Origin: a virus
Reading direction: 5' to 3' (one strand)
DNA: 64,000 nt
Virus record (IMG/VR): IMGVR_UViG_3300045141_000199
Span: 25,774 to 89,773 of that record
Positions 36,723 to 45,839 of this stretch are shown here, one piece after another; position 1 is the stretch's first letter, and each line of letters begins with the position of its first letter. Under the pieces are notes generated by a model. It saw only the letters and a list, made by a program, of their open reading frames with translations, was not told where the DNA came from and ran no database searches. Position numbers and translations under genes: made by a program.

Positions 36723-36924
36723 CGCGCTCTTCCTCCTCGTCTTTCTTCTTGTTTTCAAGGTCTAAGTTGTTTAAGGCTTGTGCAAAGCCGAACGTGTAGA
36801 TTTCGCGGGCGCTCTTAGCGTCCCTGATCTTGATAATCGCCATAATCTAGCCGCTCCTTATCGATTGATGCCGGTAGCTTAGCACATTTAGCAATCGGCC
36901 GCAGCGCGCTCTAAAATGGGGGTT

Positions 36925-37638
36925 ATGGACTCCGATGCGGCCCTTTCACCACTAGACGCTCAAACAGCTAATACCCGCGTTGGCTCGGTAGAAAACAGGC
37001 TATCCGACAGCGACCGCCTAGCCAAAATCGAGGCGGCGTTGGCCGCCCATGCCGCCATCTTCGCCGAGCGCGAAAAGGCCGAGCAGCAGGCTCAAACTGA
37101 GCGCCAGTTGGCGGCCGCGGCCGTCCAGCAGGCCCTTCAAGAGGCTGCGAGCGCTAGCGCTAAGGCCCTGGAAGCAGCGCTAAAAAACGCTAACGAGCTG
37201 GAGCTTGAGCGTGTTGCCCGCGTCCGCGATGAGGTAAAGGAGGTCAAGGACGCCTCGACAAAGCTGGTCAACGAGCGCCAAACAGCCCAGCAGAAGTTCG
37301 AGGAAAACGTCAAAGAGCGCTTCGCTCAGGTCAACGAGTTTCGTGGTTCTCTGGATGACTTAGGCAAATCTATGGGTACCCGCCGCGAACTAGAACAAGC
37401 CGTGGACGCCCAAAGATTATCGGCCGCTACCCTGGCTAAGGAAATCTCCGCGCTGCGCAGCCGAATAGATGTAGGCCCGGAGGACTTACGAGCCTTACAG
37501 TCAAAGTCAGACGAATCGTCCGGGAAGGATGCCGGCGAGGCCAGCCGCCGGGCTCTGCGAGCAGTTTCTGTGGCTATTGTCTCTGCGGGGGTCGCTGGGG
37601 TCGCAGTCATTGTGGCGATCGTCCAAGCGCTTCACTAG
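36925..37638 (+). CDS. coiled-coil protein with C-terminal transmembrane anchor
   Basis: Long heptad-rich helix and hydrophobic C-terminus; TAAAAT 7 nt upstream of ATG 36925. Confidence 0.7.
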   Translation: MDSDAALSPLDAQTANTRVGSVENRLSDSDRLAKIEAALAAHAAIFAEREKAEQQAQTERQLAAAAVQQALQEAASASAKALEAALKNANELELERVARVRDEVKEVKDASTKLVNERQTAQQKFEENVKERFAQVNEFRGSLDDLGKSMGTRRELEQAVDAQRLSAATLAKEISALRSRIDVGPEDLRALQSKSDESSGKDAGEASRRALRAVSVAIVSAGVAGVAVIVAIVQALH

Positions 37639-37690
37639 CCGCATCGCGCTTTAGAATGGGAAATATGACCTATCGAACACTGTCTAATGA

Positions 37691-37870
37691 ATGAACTTCC
37701 AATGGTATTGGTTCACCCGCAGCATCGGCGCTGTAACAGTGCTCTACGAGCTGGTGCTCGACAAGGGCGGCGCCGAACGTGGCGTTATCATCGCGGCCGC
37801 CTTGAGCTTCATAGGGGTCGAGTGGGTAGCCAAGAAAGATCAGCGCAAAGGTGACGATGCTCAAGCCTAA
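37691..37870 (+). CDS. small two-TM membrane protein (59 aa, not in ORF track)
   Basis: MNFQWYWFTRSIGAVTVLYELVL...GVIIAAALSFIGVEWV. Confidence 0.5.
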   Translation: MNFQWYWFTRSIGAVTVLYELVLDKGGAERGVIIAAALSFIGVEWVAKKDQRKGDDAQA

Positions 37871-37964
37871 GACCGTCATCCACGACTACCCGCTCACGAC
37901 GATCTACGTCGCGATTGCGGCCACGCTCAACACGACTCTCTTCTTGCTGGTGAAGTTCGTATGA
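37857..37964 (+). CDS. small membrane protein (35 aa, not in ORF track)
   Basis: MLKPKTVIHDYPLTTIYVAIAATLNTTLFLLVKFV; overlaps both neighbours (ATGA). Confidence 0.45.
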   Translation: MLKPKTVIHDYPLTTIYVAIAATLNTTLFLLVKFV

Positions 37965-38296
37965 ACAAAGTTAAGTTCCACGTCTCCAAGGCCCTGATTG
38001 GCTATGTCATCCTAGGGGCCAGCTTTGGCGTCGCCGGCACAGAACTCGCGCATAACGCCAACCACGCGAAAGTCAAAGCGACCGAAACCTGCCGCATCCA
38101 GCGCCGCGGCCTCGAAGCTACCAGGTATCTCGTAGGGTTCACCGAAGGCGTCCGCGCCCTCCTTACCCCGCAGCCTGGCCAGCCGCAGAAACCTGTGCCA
38201 AAGGTGTACAAAGACATCATCGATCGCACGAACTACAATCTGGATCATTACATCGCGATCCAGTCTACGCTACCGAAAAAGCGCGACTGTTCCTAA
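37961..38296 (+). CDS. N-terminally membrane-anchored protein
   Basis: Hydrophobic N-terminus; Cys pair (TETC...RDC). Confidence 0.6.
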   Translation: MNKVKFHVSKALIGYVILGASFGVAGTELAHNANHAKVKATETCRIQRRGLEATRYLVGFTEGVRALLTPQPGQPQKPVPKVYKDIIDRTNYNLDHYIAIQSTLPKKRDCS

Positions 38297-38364
38297 GTCG
38301 TTTTCGATTTGGGGGAGTGAAAGGCTTTTTCCCACCAAGAAGCTAAAACTGTAATGGTACGAAG

Positions 38365-39102
38365 CTATGTATCCAATTGTCTGATCGCTATCTTGCCTTC
38401 TGACAATTCACGCTCATAGCGGCGTTTTGCTATCTCGGCCCGACTACGCAATTTCTTCCCTTGTGGCCGGCGGCCTTTGTACTCTCGGCGGGTCTTCAAT
38501 TCGCGCGCTTCTTGTTCCTGACGGGCTGTTGTTTTGCGGCGCTTTCGTTTCGGCTTAGCCTTTTTAGGCATCGGCTCCCAATCGTCATTGCAAGTCTTGT
38601 GTATCTTTTCTAGGCCAGGGAACACGACTCCTCCGCAACCTGAGCATTTACGGTGAATTTGCAGCGGTTCGTCCGGGCAATCAGCGCATGCCAAGTGAAC
38701 CCACACATTGGTTACCCGGACAATGTACTGGCCTAGAACGATATCCTTAGTGCATGCCGGGCATACACCCGTACGCTCGGCAATCTTGTCCTCTGACCAG
38801 GCCATCTCATACTCCTGCTCACTAGGCGGCAGACGCAGGACTTCGCCTATAGTTGAGCATTGCGAGGCTTCTTCAAGCGTTCGATTCGGGTGATACCACT
38901 CGCCCTTTTTCCATGATGATCGAAAGCGCCAATGCAACCGTTTCTCATCTAGCAAGGTGGCGCTATTTATTGTTCCGATAAGCTCAATGTCGTCGTCATT
39001 TCCGGTCTGTAGCGATCGAAACCGGCCGGCTAGCGAATCAGCGTCCCTAGTGTAGCCGATCTTGATAGTTCGGCGGGGGATGCAACGAATGAAGTAAACC
39101 AT
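38365..39102 (-). CDS. GIY-YIG-like (T5orf172) protein with Cys/His Zn-finger repeats
   Basis: 'VYFI...IKIGY...LQTGN...EKRLH.RF...GEWY'; 'CPAC...VHLAC', 'CSGC...IHKTC'. Confidence 0.8.
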   Translation of the reverse strand: MVYFIRCIPRRTIKIGYTRDADSLAGRFRSLQTGNDDDIELIGTINSATLLDEKRLHWRFRSSWKKGEWYHPNRTLEEASQCSTIGEVLRLPPSEQEYEMAWSEDKIAERTGVCPACTKDIVLGQYIVRVTNVWVHLACADCPDEPLQIHRKCSGCGGVVFPGLEKIHKTCNDDWEPMPKKAKPKRKRRKTTARQEQEARELKTRREYKGRRPQGKKLRSRAEIAKRRYERELSEGKIAIRQLDT

Positions 39103-39105
39103 TAC

Positions 39106-39117
39106 TGAATTATAGCA
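39106..39117 (-). promoter_or_regulatory. extended -10 promoter giving a leaderless mRNA
   Basis: TGCTATAAT followed 6 nt later by ATG (39102). Confidence 0.65.
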
Positions 39118-39596
39118 TAGTAATCTACTATTGAAAGTGGTAAAGAAGTGGGTTAGAACCAGCGAAGTGAAACGCCTACAGCCGGCGCTAATCCAGCCCC
39201 AAAGCCAAATTATTGCCCGGACAATTTATATGCTATGCTTTACGCTAGACCGAATCGGGCGTTGCCGGATACGGCCCAGCTCCCAAAAAGGAGTTGGGGA
39301 AAGTGGCCGCAAGGGTAAAGCTCTATCCTCATCGTAAAACTAACTACGGATGAAGAGGAATGAAGCTCGGGCGCTTGAGCTAAGGTTTGCTGGGGTTACT
39401 GTTAGCGGCCGTATGCCCTACCCAAAACGCGAACATCATGAGCCCCATCATGACCTGCAGGTCATCGTAATCGCGATCGACCGGGAGAAAGCGGGCGAGT
39501 TCGTCTGCCGTTTCCAGGATGTTGACATCTGTGCCAGCTGCTTGGCGGTAACTCCTCCCGCGGCCGCCTTTTCTTGAACCTGGTTAACCGCGTCTT

Positions 39597-39875
39597 TTAT
39601 GAGCATGGTTTCTCCCATTCATGAGGGTCGATGTTTAGCTTGGTGGCGATTTCTTCTGCCAGGCCCCGGCCGATCGTCGTCTTGGCTGCTTTGCGGCCGT
39701 CCCGGCGGTTGTTAACGGCCAACCCGACCTGCCGGCGCAGCCGCTCTACATCGGGCCGAACGATTGTATAGCCCACGTCCCTAGCCATGTTACACAGGCT
39801 TTCACCCCCAGCGAGCTTGGCCTTCACGGCATCCCTAAGCCCGTCTATGGGTATCTGCGGTTCCCCCACGCTCAC
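39597..39875 (-). CDS. hypothetical (HTH-like) protein
   Basis: Coupled ORF. Confidence 0.55.
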   Translation of the reverse strand: MSVGEPQIPIDGLRDAVKAKLAGGESLCNMARDVGYTIVRPDVERLRRQVGLAVNNRRDGRKAAKTTIGRGLAEEIATKLNIDPHEWEKPCS

Positions 39876-40621
39876 GGGAACACCACCCGCATGAGCATGA
39901 AACCGGCGCCTATCCCGACGGCTACCGGCCGCCCTTCGTAAATGCCATAGGTTCCCATGATCGTCCCCAGCGAGGTAAACGTCCTTCGGAAAAAGCGGTC
40001 TACCCCGGCCGTGATCGAATCAGGGCTCGCAGGGGTCACTTGGCCCCGCTCGATCGCGCCGTATTCTGCCTCCAGTTCCGCGGCCGCCAGCTCGGTCGCA
40101 ACCGCCTCCACCCGCTCCAGGTCCAGCGGGGCAACTCCGCCTCCCGTCAGCCTGGCCAGTTCGGCTTTTAGCTCAGTAACCCCCGCGATGCGCGGCTGGC
40201 GTGGGACGTTCGGCTCCGTGAGAAATAGCCCCGTGTATTCGTCGTAAAGTTTGTCGCTAATCATCCTATACCGCATGGGGCAGTCGGCGGAGTGGCCGTG
40301 AGTATGACCGCAGGTACACCCATCGCCTTTGTCGCGTACGGCCGCCAGCGTTTTGCTTTTGCCTTGGTATCGCTTTTGCCTAGCTAGGCAATCAGCCGCG
40401 TGGTAGCCGTGGAAGTAACCACATTTGGGACAGGCTGATCGCGGCTCCAGCTTGGCGGGCATCGCAGGGGTTACTAGGGCCTTCTTCTCCGCATTGTGCT
40501 CCTTGGCCGCTATTTTCTGGCATTCTTCTCGGAGCTTTCGTTTGCGATATTCTTCGTCTTTTTTCTTTAGGTACTTCTTCTCATACTCCATGTAAAGCGC
40601 TCGCTCTTCGTCTTCATTCAT
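39872..40621 (-). CDS. hypothetical protein with two Cys/His Zn-binding motifs and C-terminal TM
   Basis: 'CPKCG..HGYHAADC', 'CTCG..HGHSADC'. Confidence 0.6.
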   Translation of the reverse strand: MNEDEERALYMEYEKKYLKKKDEEYRKRKLREECQKIAAKEHNAEKKALVTPAMPAKLEPRSACPKCGYFHGYHAADCLARQKRYQGKSKTLAAVRDKGDGCTCGHTHGHSADCPMRYRMISDKLYDEYTGLFLTEPNVPRQPRIAGVTELKAELARLTGGGVAPLDLERVEAVATELAAAELEAEYGAIERGQVTPASPDSITAGVDRFFRRTFTSLGTIMGTYGIYEGRPVAVGIGAGFMLMRVVFP

Positions 40622-41106
40622 CGTTTCACCACCTTGTCAAAACACCATCTAAACCAAAACGTTGACTCACAGTCCCAGCCATACATGCTGAGCGGGCGCG
40701 TCATTCGCGTCTCCCATTGGCCCTCTTCGGTCAGGTGGATGCCATCGTAAGCTCGGGCCACAGCCTTGAAGTTGATCGTCGGCTGGATAGGGCCGCTGGG
40801 GCCGTATGGCCGGTTTGTCCCTTTATGGCACTTATGCAGCGTCGCCAAGTCCTCGTAGTTGCCGATCGTGTAAACAGTCGCATCGGGCGAGGGGAACAGC
40901 ACCCAGCCCGGCTTAAGGTCGGCCCGATCGTAATCTTCTGCTTCGCACCATTCCTGCCAAGCGGACTTGCCCTCGCCGTTGAAGGTGGATGTCCACAGGC
41001 CGCCATCGCGCGGCTTGCAGAAAATCTGCTCGTCATTTGTGACGGGCTTGAGCTTCCCCGCCTCGGGCGCCCGCTTGCCTAGCCAGAGTTGTTGGTCAAC
41101 GCTCAT
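40618..41106 (-). CDS. hypothetical protein ('KP.GGLWTS...YDGIHL...GWDCES' type)
   Basis: Conserved-looking aromatic motifs. Confidence 0.65.
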   Translation of the reverse strand: MSVDQQLWLGKRAPEAGKLKPVTNDEQIFCKPRDGGLWTSTFNGEGKSAWQEWCEAEDYDRADLKPGWVLFPSPDATVYTIGNYEDLATLHKCHKGTNRPYGPSGPIQPTINFKAVARAYDGIHLTEEGQWETRMTRPLSMYGWDCESTFWFRWCFDKVVKR

Positions 41107-41239
41107 CTGGCCTGCGCCTGCCGGGCGCCGCATTGTTCACACCATCGAACGCGATACTGCGACCCTAGGATATTTTCCCAAATGCGGTCGTCCCATGGCC
41201 CCCAGGAATGGCCGTGCAGCCAACAGGCGAGTCGGCTGC

Positions 41240-41491
41240 TCATTGGGGGTCCACGGGATGGTTAGGACAGTACCCTGCGGGTGTCAAGTGAGCAGGCGTT
41301 CCGCAGATCGCGCAGTCGCCCGTCTCGATGCGCTCCTCCAGCATAGCGCTGCCCTCGGGGGTAATCCACACATCAACTTTCACCAGGCCCGCACAGGCGA
41401 GATCACACAACGCGAGATAGTCAACTTGTTCCTGCTCGGCGCCGCTGCCTGTCTGTTCGAGAATCTTCCAATGCTTCTCTGACAACTTCAC
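41240..41491 (-). CDS. hypothetical protein
   Basis: ORF with C-terminal CxxC...C motif. Confidence 0.5.
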   Translation of the reverse strand: MKLSEKHWKILEQTGSGAEQEQVDYLALCDLACAGLVKVDVWITPEGSAMLEERIETGDCAICGTPAHLTPAGYCPNHPVDPQ

Positions 41492-41660
41492 AGCAACCGC
41501 TCCTGGAGCTGAGCCACCACCGGCTGGTATTTGGCGAGGATCACCCGCAGAGCTTCAGGCACATCGTGCTCTCGCTCCTCGCAGAATGTGTAGATCGCGC
41601 TTAGTGCCTCCTGACAGTCTTTCAGCAGCGCTGTGTCGTTACGCGTTGGCCATTCAACTG

Positions 41661-41861
41661 TCATGATTCAACCGCCACATCTGGCTCCCCTGTGGAGAAC
41701 GTGTCGATCGCGGCCGGAACATCCTCCAGAACCATGTTCTCGGCGAGTTCGCAGGCTAGCCGGAACGAGGCATCGCTATCGATCGGCCGCCCTATTAGCT
41801 CTTCGAGCGTGCTTTCGGGGATGTCGATCGGGATTTTGATGCTGCCTAGTGCGTTTGTCAT
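41661..41861 (-). CDS. hypothetical protein
   Basis: GAAAGGA RBS. Confidence 0.55.
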   Translation of the reverse strand: MTNALGSIKIPIDIPESTLEELIGRPIDSDASFRLACELAENMVLEDVPAAIDTFSTGEPDVAVES

Positions 41862-41872
41862 TGGTTCCTTTC

Positions 41873-42346
41873 TTAATGGCTAGAGCCTTCTTTGTTGCGT
41901 ACCGCTGCTTCGAAGCCCTGCTTGTATGACTCGCGGTCCCATGGCCCGTATTTCTCTCGCTCCCTGCGCAGATCATTGAGAGTGGCTACGGGTATCAAGA
42001 CAGACTCCTTGTCGGGCATCATGCTTAGCAGCCGTTGGGTTTCCCTTCTTAGGGAATCGCGTTGCTTACGCAGCGCTGTGATTCGTTGAGCGATCGTTTC
42101 GTTGCGCTTGCCCCGATCGCGGCCAAGGGCGCGGGCTGCCTCGCTTAGTGCCCGCTGAAATCGGTCGATCTCAGCGTTCAGGGCCGAACGTATCTCCTTT
42201 AGGCCAGCTTCACCCATGCGCAGACCGCGGATAAAAGCCTCATACTCTGGCCCGCTGTGCGCCGTTGGGCTCATTGCCTCCTGCGCGGGTGGTGCGTCGC
42301 TTGTCGGCTGTGGAGCGATGAAATCTCCGCGCGGTTCGAGCATCAT
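41873..42346 (-). CDS. coiled-coil hypothetical protein
   Basis: ATGA-coupled ORF. Confidence 0.55.
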   Translation of the reverse strand: MMLEPRGDFIAPQPTSDAPPAQEAMSPTAHSGPEYEAFIRGLRMGEAGLKEIRSALNAEIDRFQRALSEAARALGRDRGKRNETIAQRITALRKQRDSLRRETQRLLSMMPDKESVLIPVATLNDLRREREKYGPWDRESYKQGFEAAVRNKEGSSH

Positions 42347-42531
42347 CGCCGCTCATGGTCGCGTATCTTGCGGCGCAGGGCCTTCGCTTCGTTCCCCAGC
42401 GCCGCCAGCTCACGCCGGGCTACCTCCCGGTCGCGCTTTAGCTCCTCCACTTCGCGCTCGGCGTTCTTTAGCTGATCGCGTGTCTCTTTGAGTTGATGCA
42501 ACGTCTCATAGTATTGCCCTTCCCAACTCAT
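42343..42531 (-). CDS. coiled-coil hypothetical protein
   Basis: AGGAG RBS. Confidence 0.55.
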   Translation of the reverse strand: MSWEGQYYETLHQLKETRDQLKNAEREVEELKRDREVARRELAALGNEAKALRRKIRDHERR

Positions 42532-42703
42532 TAAAGCTCCTGTCTTAGTTCGTCAATTTCATGCTGTAGGCGCCGGTTGTCAAGCTTTAGCCGGCTGCGG
42601 TCTTCCGCCGAGACGCGCCATCGCCACAGCATCGTCCGTAGGACCATAGAACGGGCTCCAGAATTGATCCGACGCAACAAACGTACTTGGAGCCATTCTC
42701 TAT

Positions 42704-42997
42704 TCATAGCGATTTCCTAGGGCCTTGCCGATGCTCGAAAAAGCCGTTCTGCACCATCATGCATCCGCCCACGTCCAGGTACCCGCTGCCTACTTCTGAG
42801 AAGCGCGACAGGCTGTGCGCGAGCAGGCCCATCCGGTCGTCGGCCTCGATGAGGTTCGAGCAGGGATCGCAGGCAGCCCACCATTCGCGGCTGCCCCAGG
42901 TGGTGCCGTCTGGCAGCTTCAGAGTGAAATCCTCACACGGGTAATCCCAGGCGATCTCGGGCGAGTTACAGAAATCGCAGATCGGCGGTTTAAACAT
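42704..42997 (-). CDS. Zn-finger protein (CDFC...W.AC..C), paralog of 55648-55953
   Basis: 'ICDFCNS...WDYPC.DF...WAACDPCSNLIEADD'. Confidence 0.65.
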   Translation of the reverse strand: MFKPPICDFCNSPEIAWDYPCEDFTLKLPDGTTWGSREWWAACDPCSNLIEADDRMGLLAHSLSRFSEVGSGYLDVGGCMMVQNGFFEHRQGPRKSL

Positions 42998-43223
42998 CGC
43001 TGTAGTAAATTCTCTCAAAGTCGAACTGCTCCCAGCCAGGCATACGATCGTAGGCGGTCGCTTCCGGCCAGTCGGCCAGAAGGTCGGGCGGTACGCGCAT
43101 AAACCTGCTCGGCCCAGGAACCGGCAACACCCAAATCCGAGGAGGAGGCTCGATCAGCGTCTCATAGCGCCAATTGTTGGCCGGGCCGCCTTGGCACCAA
43201 ACGCTAAGCATCGGACTTCCCAA
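42990..43223 (-). CDS. hypothetical protein
   Basis: Overlapping-operon ORF ('GGPA' motif). Confidence 0.5.
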   Translation of the reverse strand: MGSPMLSVWCQGGPANNWRYETLIEPPPRIWVLPVPGPSRFMRVPPDLLADWPEATAYDRMPGWEQFDFERIYYSDV

Positions 43224-43440
43224 TCCTGATTTTCTGATCGATTACCTCGAAATCGTCAGGGCCGATCCCTTCTTTCTGGAGCACGCGGGCGAGCAGGGCG
43301 TTGCCAAACTCAAGTCCCTCGGGCGAATACTCAGTGAACCGGCCGGCGTTGGGCTCTGAGTAAAGGACTCGGCCTCCGCGCACAACCTCAATCGCCTCGG
43401 GTGAGAAGTGAACTTCGATATCCATTATCTCGTCAGGCAT
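43204..43440 (-). CDS. hypothetical protein
   Basis: GGAGG RBS. Confidence 0.55.
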   Translation of the reverse strand: MPDEIMDIEVHFSPEAIEVVRGGRVLYSEPNAGRFTEYSPEGLEFGNALLARVLQKEGIGPDDFEVIDQKIRIGKSDA

Positions 43441-43702
43441 CGATGGCCTCCACTATTTTGATTGCGATCTCACGGTATGTTGGCCGCGGATTGGCCAGAA
43501 ACAACGCCTCAATGATAATGTCTTCGATTCGGTTAACTGCTGACCACTTTGCCTTTTGGTTCTCTTCGAACTCCACGGCCCCATCGTAAAAGCCTTCTTC
43601 GCGCAACCGGGCAGCTAGCTCTTTTGGGTGCTCGGTCTGCATGTGTGCTACTTGCGAGTGGGCGTCGTCTGCCTCGAAATCACAAACTGGACATTTGTTC
43701 AT
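43433..43702 (-). CDS. C2H2 Zn-finger-like protein
   Basis: 'KCPVCDF...AHMQTEH'; AAAGGAG RBS. Confidence 0.55.
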   Translation of the reverse strand: MNKCPVCDFEADDAHSQVAHMQTEHPKELAARLREEGFYDGAVEFEENQKAKWSAVNRIEDIIIEALFLANPRPTYREIAIKIVEAIDA

Positions 43703-43824
43703 TCTCTCTCCTTTGAGCGCACGCCAAGCACAGAAAGCCAAGGTCCGTGTAAAACCTACACAGCTTAATTAGTGCGCAGTCGAGGCACGTCACTTCTATC
43801 GGCGGTCCTGTGACGTAATATCTC

Positions 43825-44181
43825 TTAGGCATCTTCCACCAACTGATATTCAGCCCCGCGCATAACGTGGTCGTTCGAATCGTCCGCCAATTCACTCTGC
43901 CGTACCTTGCTATATGTAACAACGTTTGGCGAGTTGACGATCTCGGGCGGCAGATCGGGGTTCTCGGTCGCATCCCAAATCGCCGCGTTGTCACTCAAGC
44001 CCGGGTGCGCGAGTATCTTCAGGCGATCGGGCAGCGGCCAGCCGAACATGTCTTTCTCTATCACAAACGAGCCCGGCTGAGCGCCCGCTCCGGCGAGCTT
44101 GCTCGCCATCGTCTCGATGTTGCCGATATGCGACATCGGCCCGTCTTTGAAGCGCATGAGATAGCCGTCAGGAGGAGCCAC
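43825..44181 (-). CDS. hypothetical protein
   Basis: AAGGAGG RBS with GTG start. Confidence 0.6.
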   Translation of the reverse strand: MAPPDGYLMRFKDGPMSHIGNIETMASKLAGAGAQPGSFVIEKDMFGWPLPDRLKILAHPGLSDNAAIWDATENPDLPPEIVNSPNVVTYSKVRQSELADDSNDHVMRGAEYQLVEDA

Positions 44182-44707
44182 GGACGGCCTCCTTCACAGC
44201 CGATGCTATACGGCCGCCGATCTCTTCAGGCTCTTGCGTCTCCCACTCCGCCACAACCGGCCTGTCACCATCGCGAACGATGTAAGCGCGGTCTAGGCGC
44301 TCGGCTTTCTTGTCAGCCGTGTGAACCATGACGATCTCCCGGCGGATGTCCAGCATGTCAGCCGGCATGAGTTCACCTTTTTCTGCTTGCTCTCGGCGGG
44401 GGTCGCCGTCCTTCAACACAACTTGCCAGGCCGTCGAGAGGGTTCCCCCCAGGTCCAGGGCGCCCGGCTTAAGCAACTCAAACGTGCGCGCGAGGTAGCG
44501 CCCGGGTTCGTCATCCTCGCTGAGGAACATGCCGAGTTCGAGCACGGCCAGGTCGCCGTTGTGGCCCAGGAAGGCGGTCGGGTTGATGTCCTCCTCGGCT
44601 CCCAGGGCATAAGCGTCCACGCGGCCCTTGATGAACCCTGCCAGCGCGTCGGCCGAGTCGATCTCAACGTCAGTAATGACGGTTACGGGGTCATCCACGG
44701 GGAACAC
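44168..44707 (-). CDS. hypothetical protein
   Basis: 179-aa ORF with GAGGA RBS. Confidence 0.6.
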   Translation of the reverse strand: MFPVDDPVTVITDVEIDSADALAGFIKGRVDAYALGAEEDINPTAFLGHNGDLAVLELGMFLSEDDEPGRYLARTFELLKPGALDLGGTLSTAWQVVLKDGDPRREQAEKGELMPADMLDIRREIVMVHTADKKAERLDRAYIVRDGDRPVVAEWETQEPEEIGGRIASAVKEAVRGSS

Positions 44708-44954
44708 TCCTCTGTGGCCCGCCAGGCGACTTGTCGGCCGGCTCGATGTCTTCTAGGCGCGTTTCATCGAATGCCAGGACGGTCGGCGCCTCTATGCCGT
44801 CCTTGGCCTCTGATTCGAGGCTGATCTGCGTGCAGCCCGTTAGGAAGAAGTGAACCCCTACGGCCTTCCCTGTGTAGCCCGTTACCCGGTCGCGGTACTC
44901 ATCCTCTAGCTCGATCGATGTCTGAAATTTTGTTCCCTTGTTCTTTTTTGCCAT
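44691..44954 (-). CDS. hypothetical protein
   Basis: 'RDRVTGYTG.....FLTGC....FDETRL...GGPQ', a common phage family pattern. Confidence 0.65.
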   Translation of the reverse strand: MAKKNKGTKFQTSIELEDEYRDRVTGYTGKAVGVHFFLTGCTQISLESEAKDGIEAPTVLAFDETRLEDIEPADKSPGGPQRSVPRG

Positions 44955-45053
44955 TGATCTTTCTCACTTTCGGTTTTGCTTTCTCAAGGCCGACTAGCGG
45001 CCGTTTTACCTTTTTAGCTTTGTTGCGGGCGTTGTCGGGGTCTGACGTTCCTC

Positions 45054-45347
45054 TCATCCGAACCATTTCTTTGTGGTAGGCATGCCGTTCTCGCTGTCTG
45101 CCTCAAATTCGTCAATCGCTGCTTGAGCCTGTTCAATTCCGTAGTCGTTACTCTTCCACCACTCGACCGCGCGCCACACGTCTCTCAGGTCTTGCGGAAT
45201 CTCAAGATCATTGGCGAGCTTACGAGTCTCCCTCGCCGCGGCCGAATCACCCACAGCCTCATCGATCGCGTCCGCCATCGAAAGCAAGCGTTGGTGCGTG
45301 CCATCAAAGCTGAGATAGCAGAGATAGTCAAACGATCCTCCGCTCAT
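45054..45347 (-). CDS. hypothetical protein
   Basis: 'MSGGSFDYL...VWRAVEW..S.D' common phage pattern. Confidence 0.65.
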   Translation of the reverse strand: MSGGSFDYLCYLSFDGTHQRLLSMADAIDEAVGDSAAARETRKLANDLEIPQDLRDVWRAVEWWKSNDYGIEQAQAAIDEFEADSENGMPTTKKWFG

Positions 45348-45628
45348 GCGTTCTCCCCAAACTGGACAGGCAGCGGCGGCAGATCGCCGTTGGTCATCTG
45401 CTCATCGAACGTGGCGGGCCTGCCCTCCTTCTCCCAGCGTTCATGTGCGGCGGAATGGTCGATCAGGCCGAGTACGGCCACGGACGGGCACAACGGGCAG
45501 CACATGACCTGCGTGAAGTGCGGCGGGGCGTCCCAGCCGGCCTCGAATGCCTCCTCGGCGCCCATCGAATCCTCGATGCCGTAGCACTGGCACTTCAGGG
45601 CGATCGGAGGATCAGATAGCGGAGGCAT
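45344..45628 (-). CDS. Cys-rich hypothetical protein
   Basis: 'CQC...AFEAGWD...CPLCP'. Confidence 0.5.
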   Translation of the reverse strand: MPPLSDPPIALKCQCYGIEDSMGAEEAFEAGWDAPPHFTQVMCCPLCPSVAVLGLIDHSAAHERWEKEGRPATFDEQMTNGDLPPLPVQFGENA

Positions 45629-45839
45629 CGAACTCCCCCGGCCCGGCCGGCTGCGGGCGCTCTCTGACCTTCTCGGCTGCCTCAAGGGCCAGACGCGCCC
45701 AAACGCGCTGGTCTGCCTTGCCCTCCTCGGGCAGCTTCTCCCAGGGCAGCCTAGGGAGCGGCCTCGCTTGGCTAGTGCGCGTGTCAACGTAGTTCCAGCC
45801 AGCCTCGGCCGCTACCTCAATTTCCTCAGTCGTCGCCAT
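45612..45839 (-). CDS. hypothetical protein
   Basis: GAAGAGG RBS; 'PWEKLPE' motif. Confidence 0.55.
   Translation of the reverse strand: MATTEEIEVAAEAGWNYVDTRTSQARPLPRLPWEKLPEEGKADQRVWARLALEAAEKVRERPQPAGPGEFDASAI

Noticed and set aside
39131-39577. Two plus-strand ORFs (68 and 75 aa)
   Set aside because: No recognisable motif or RBS; the region may be regulatory.
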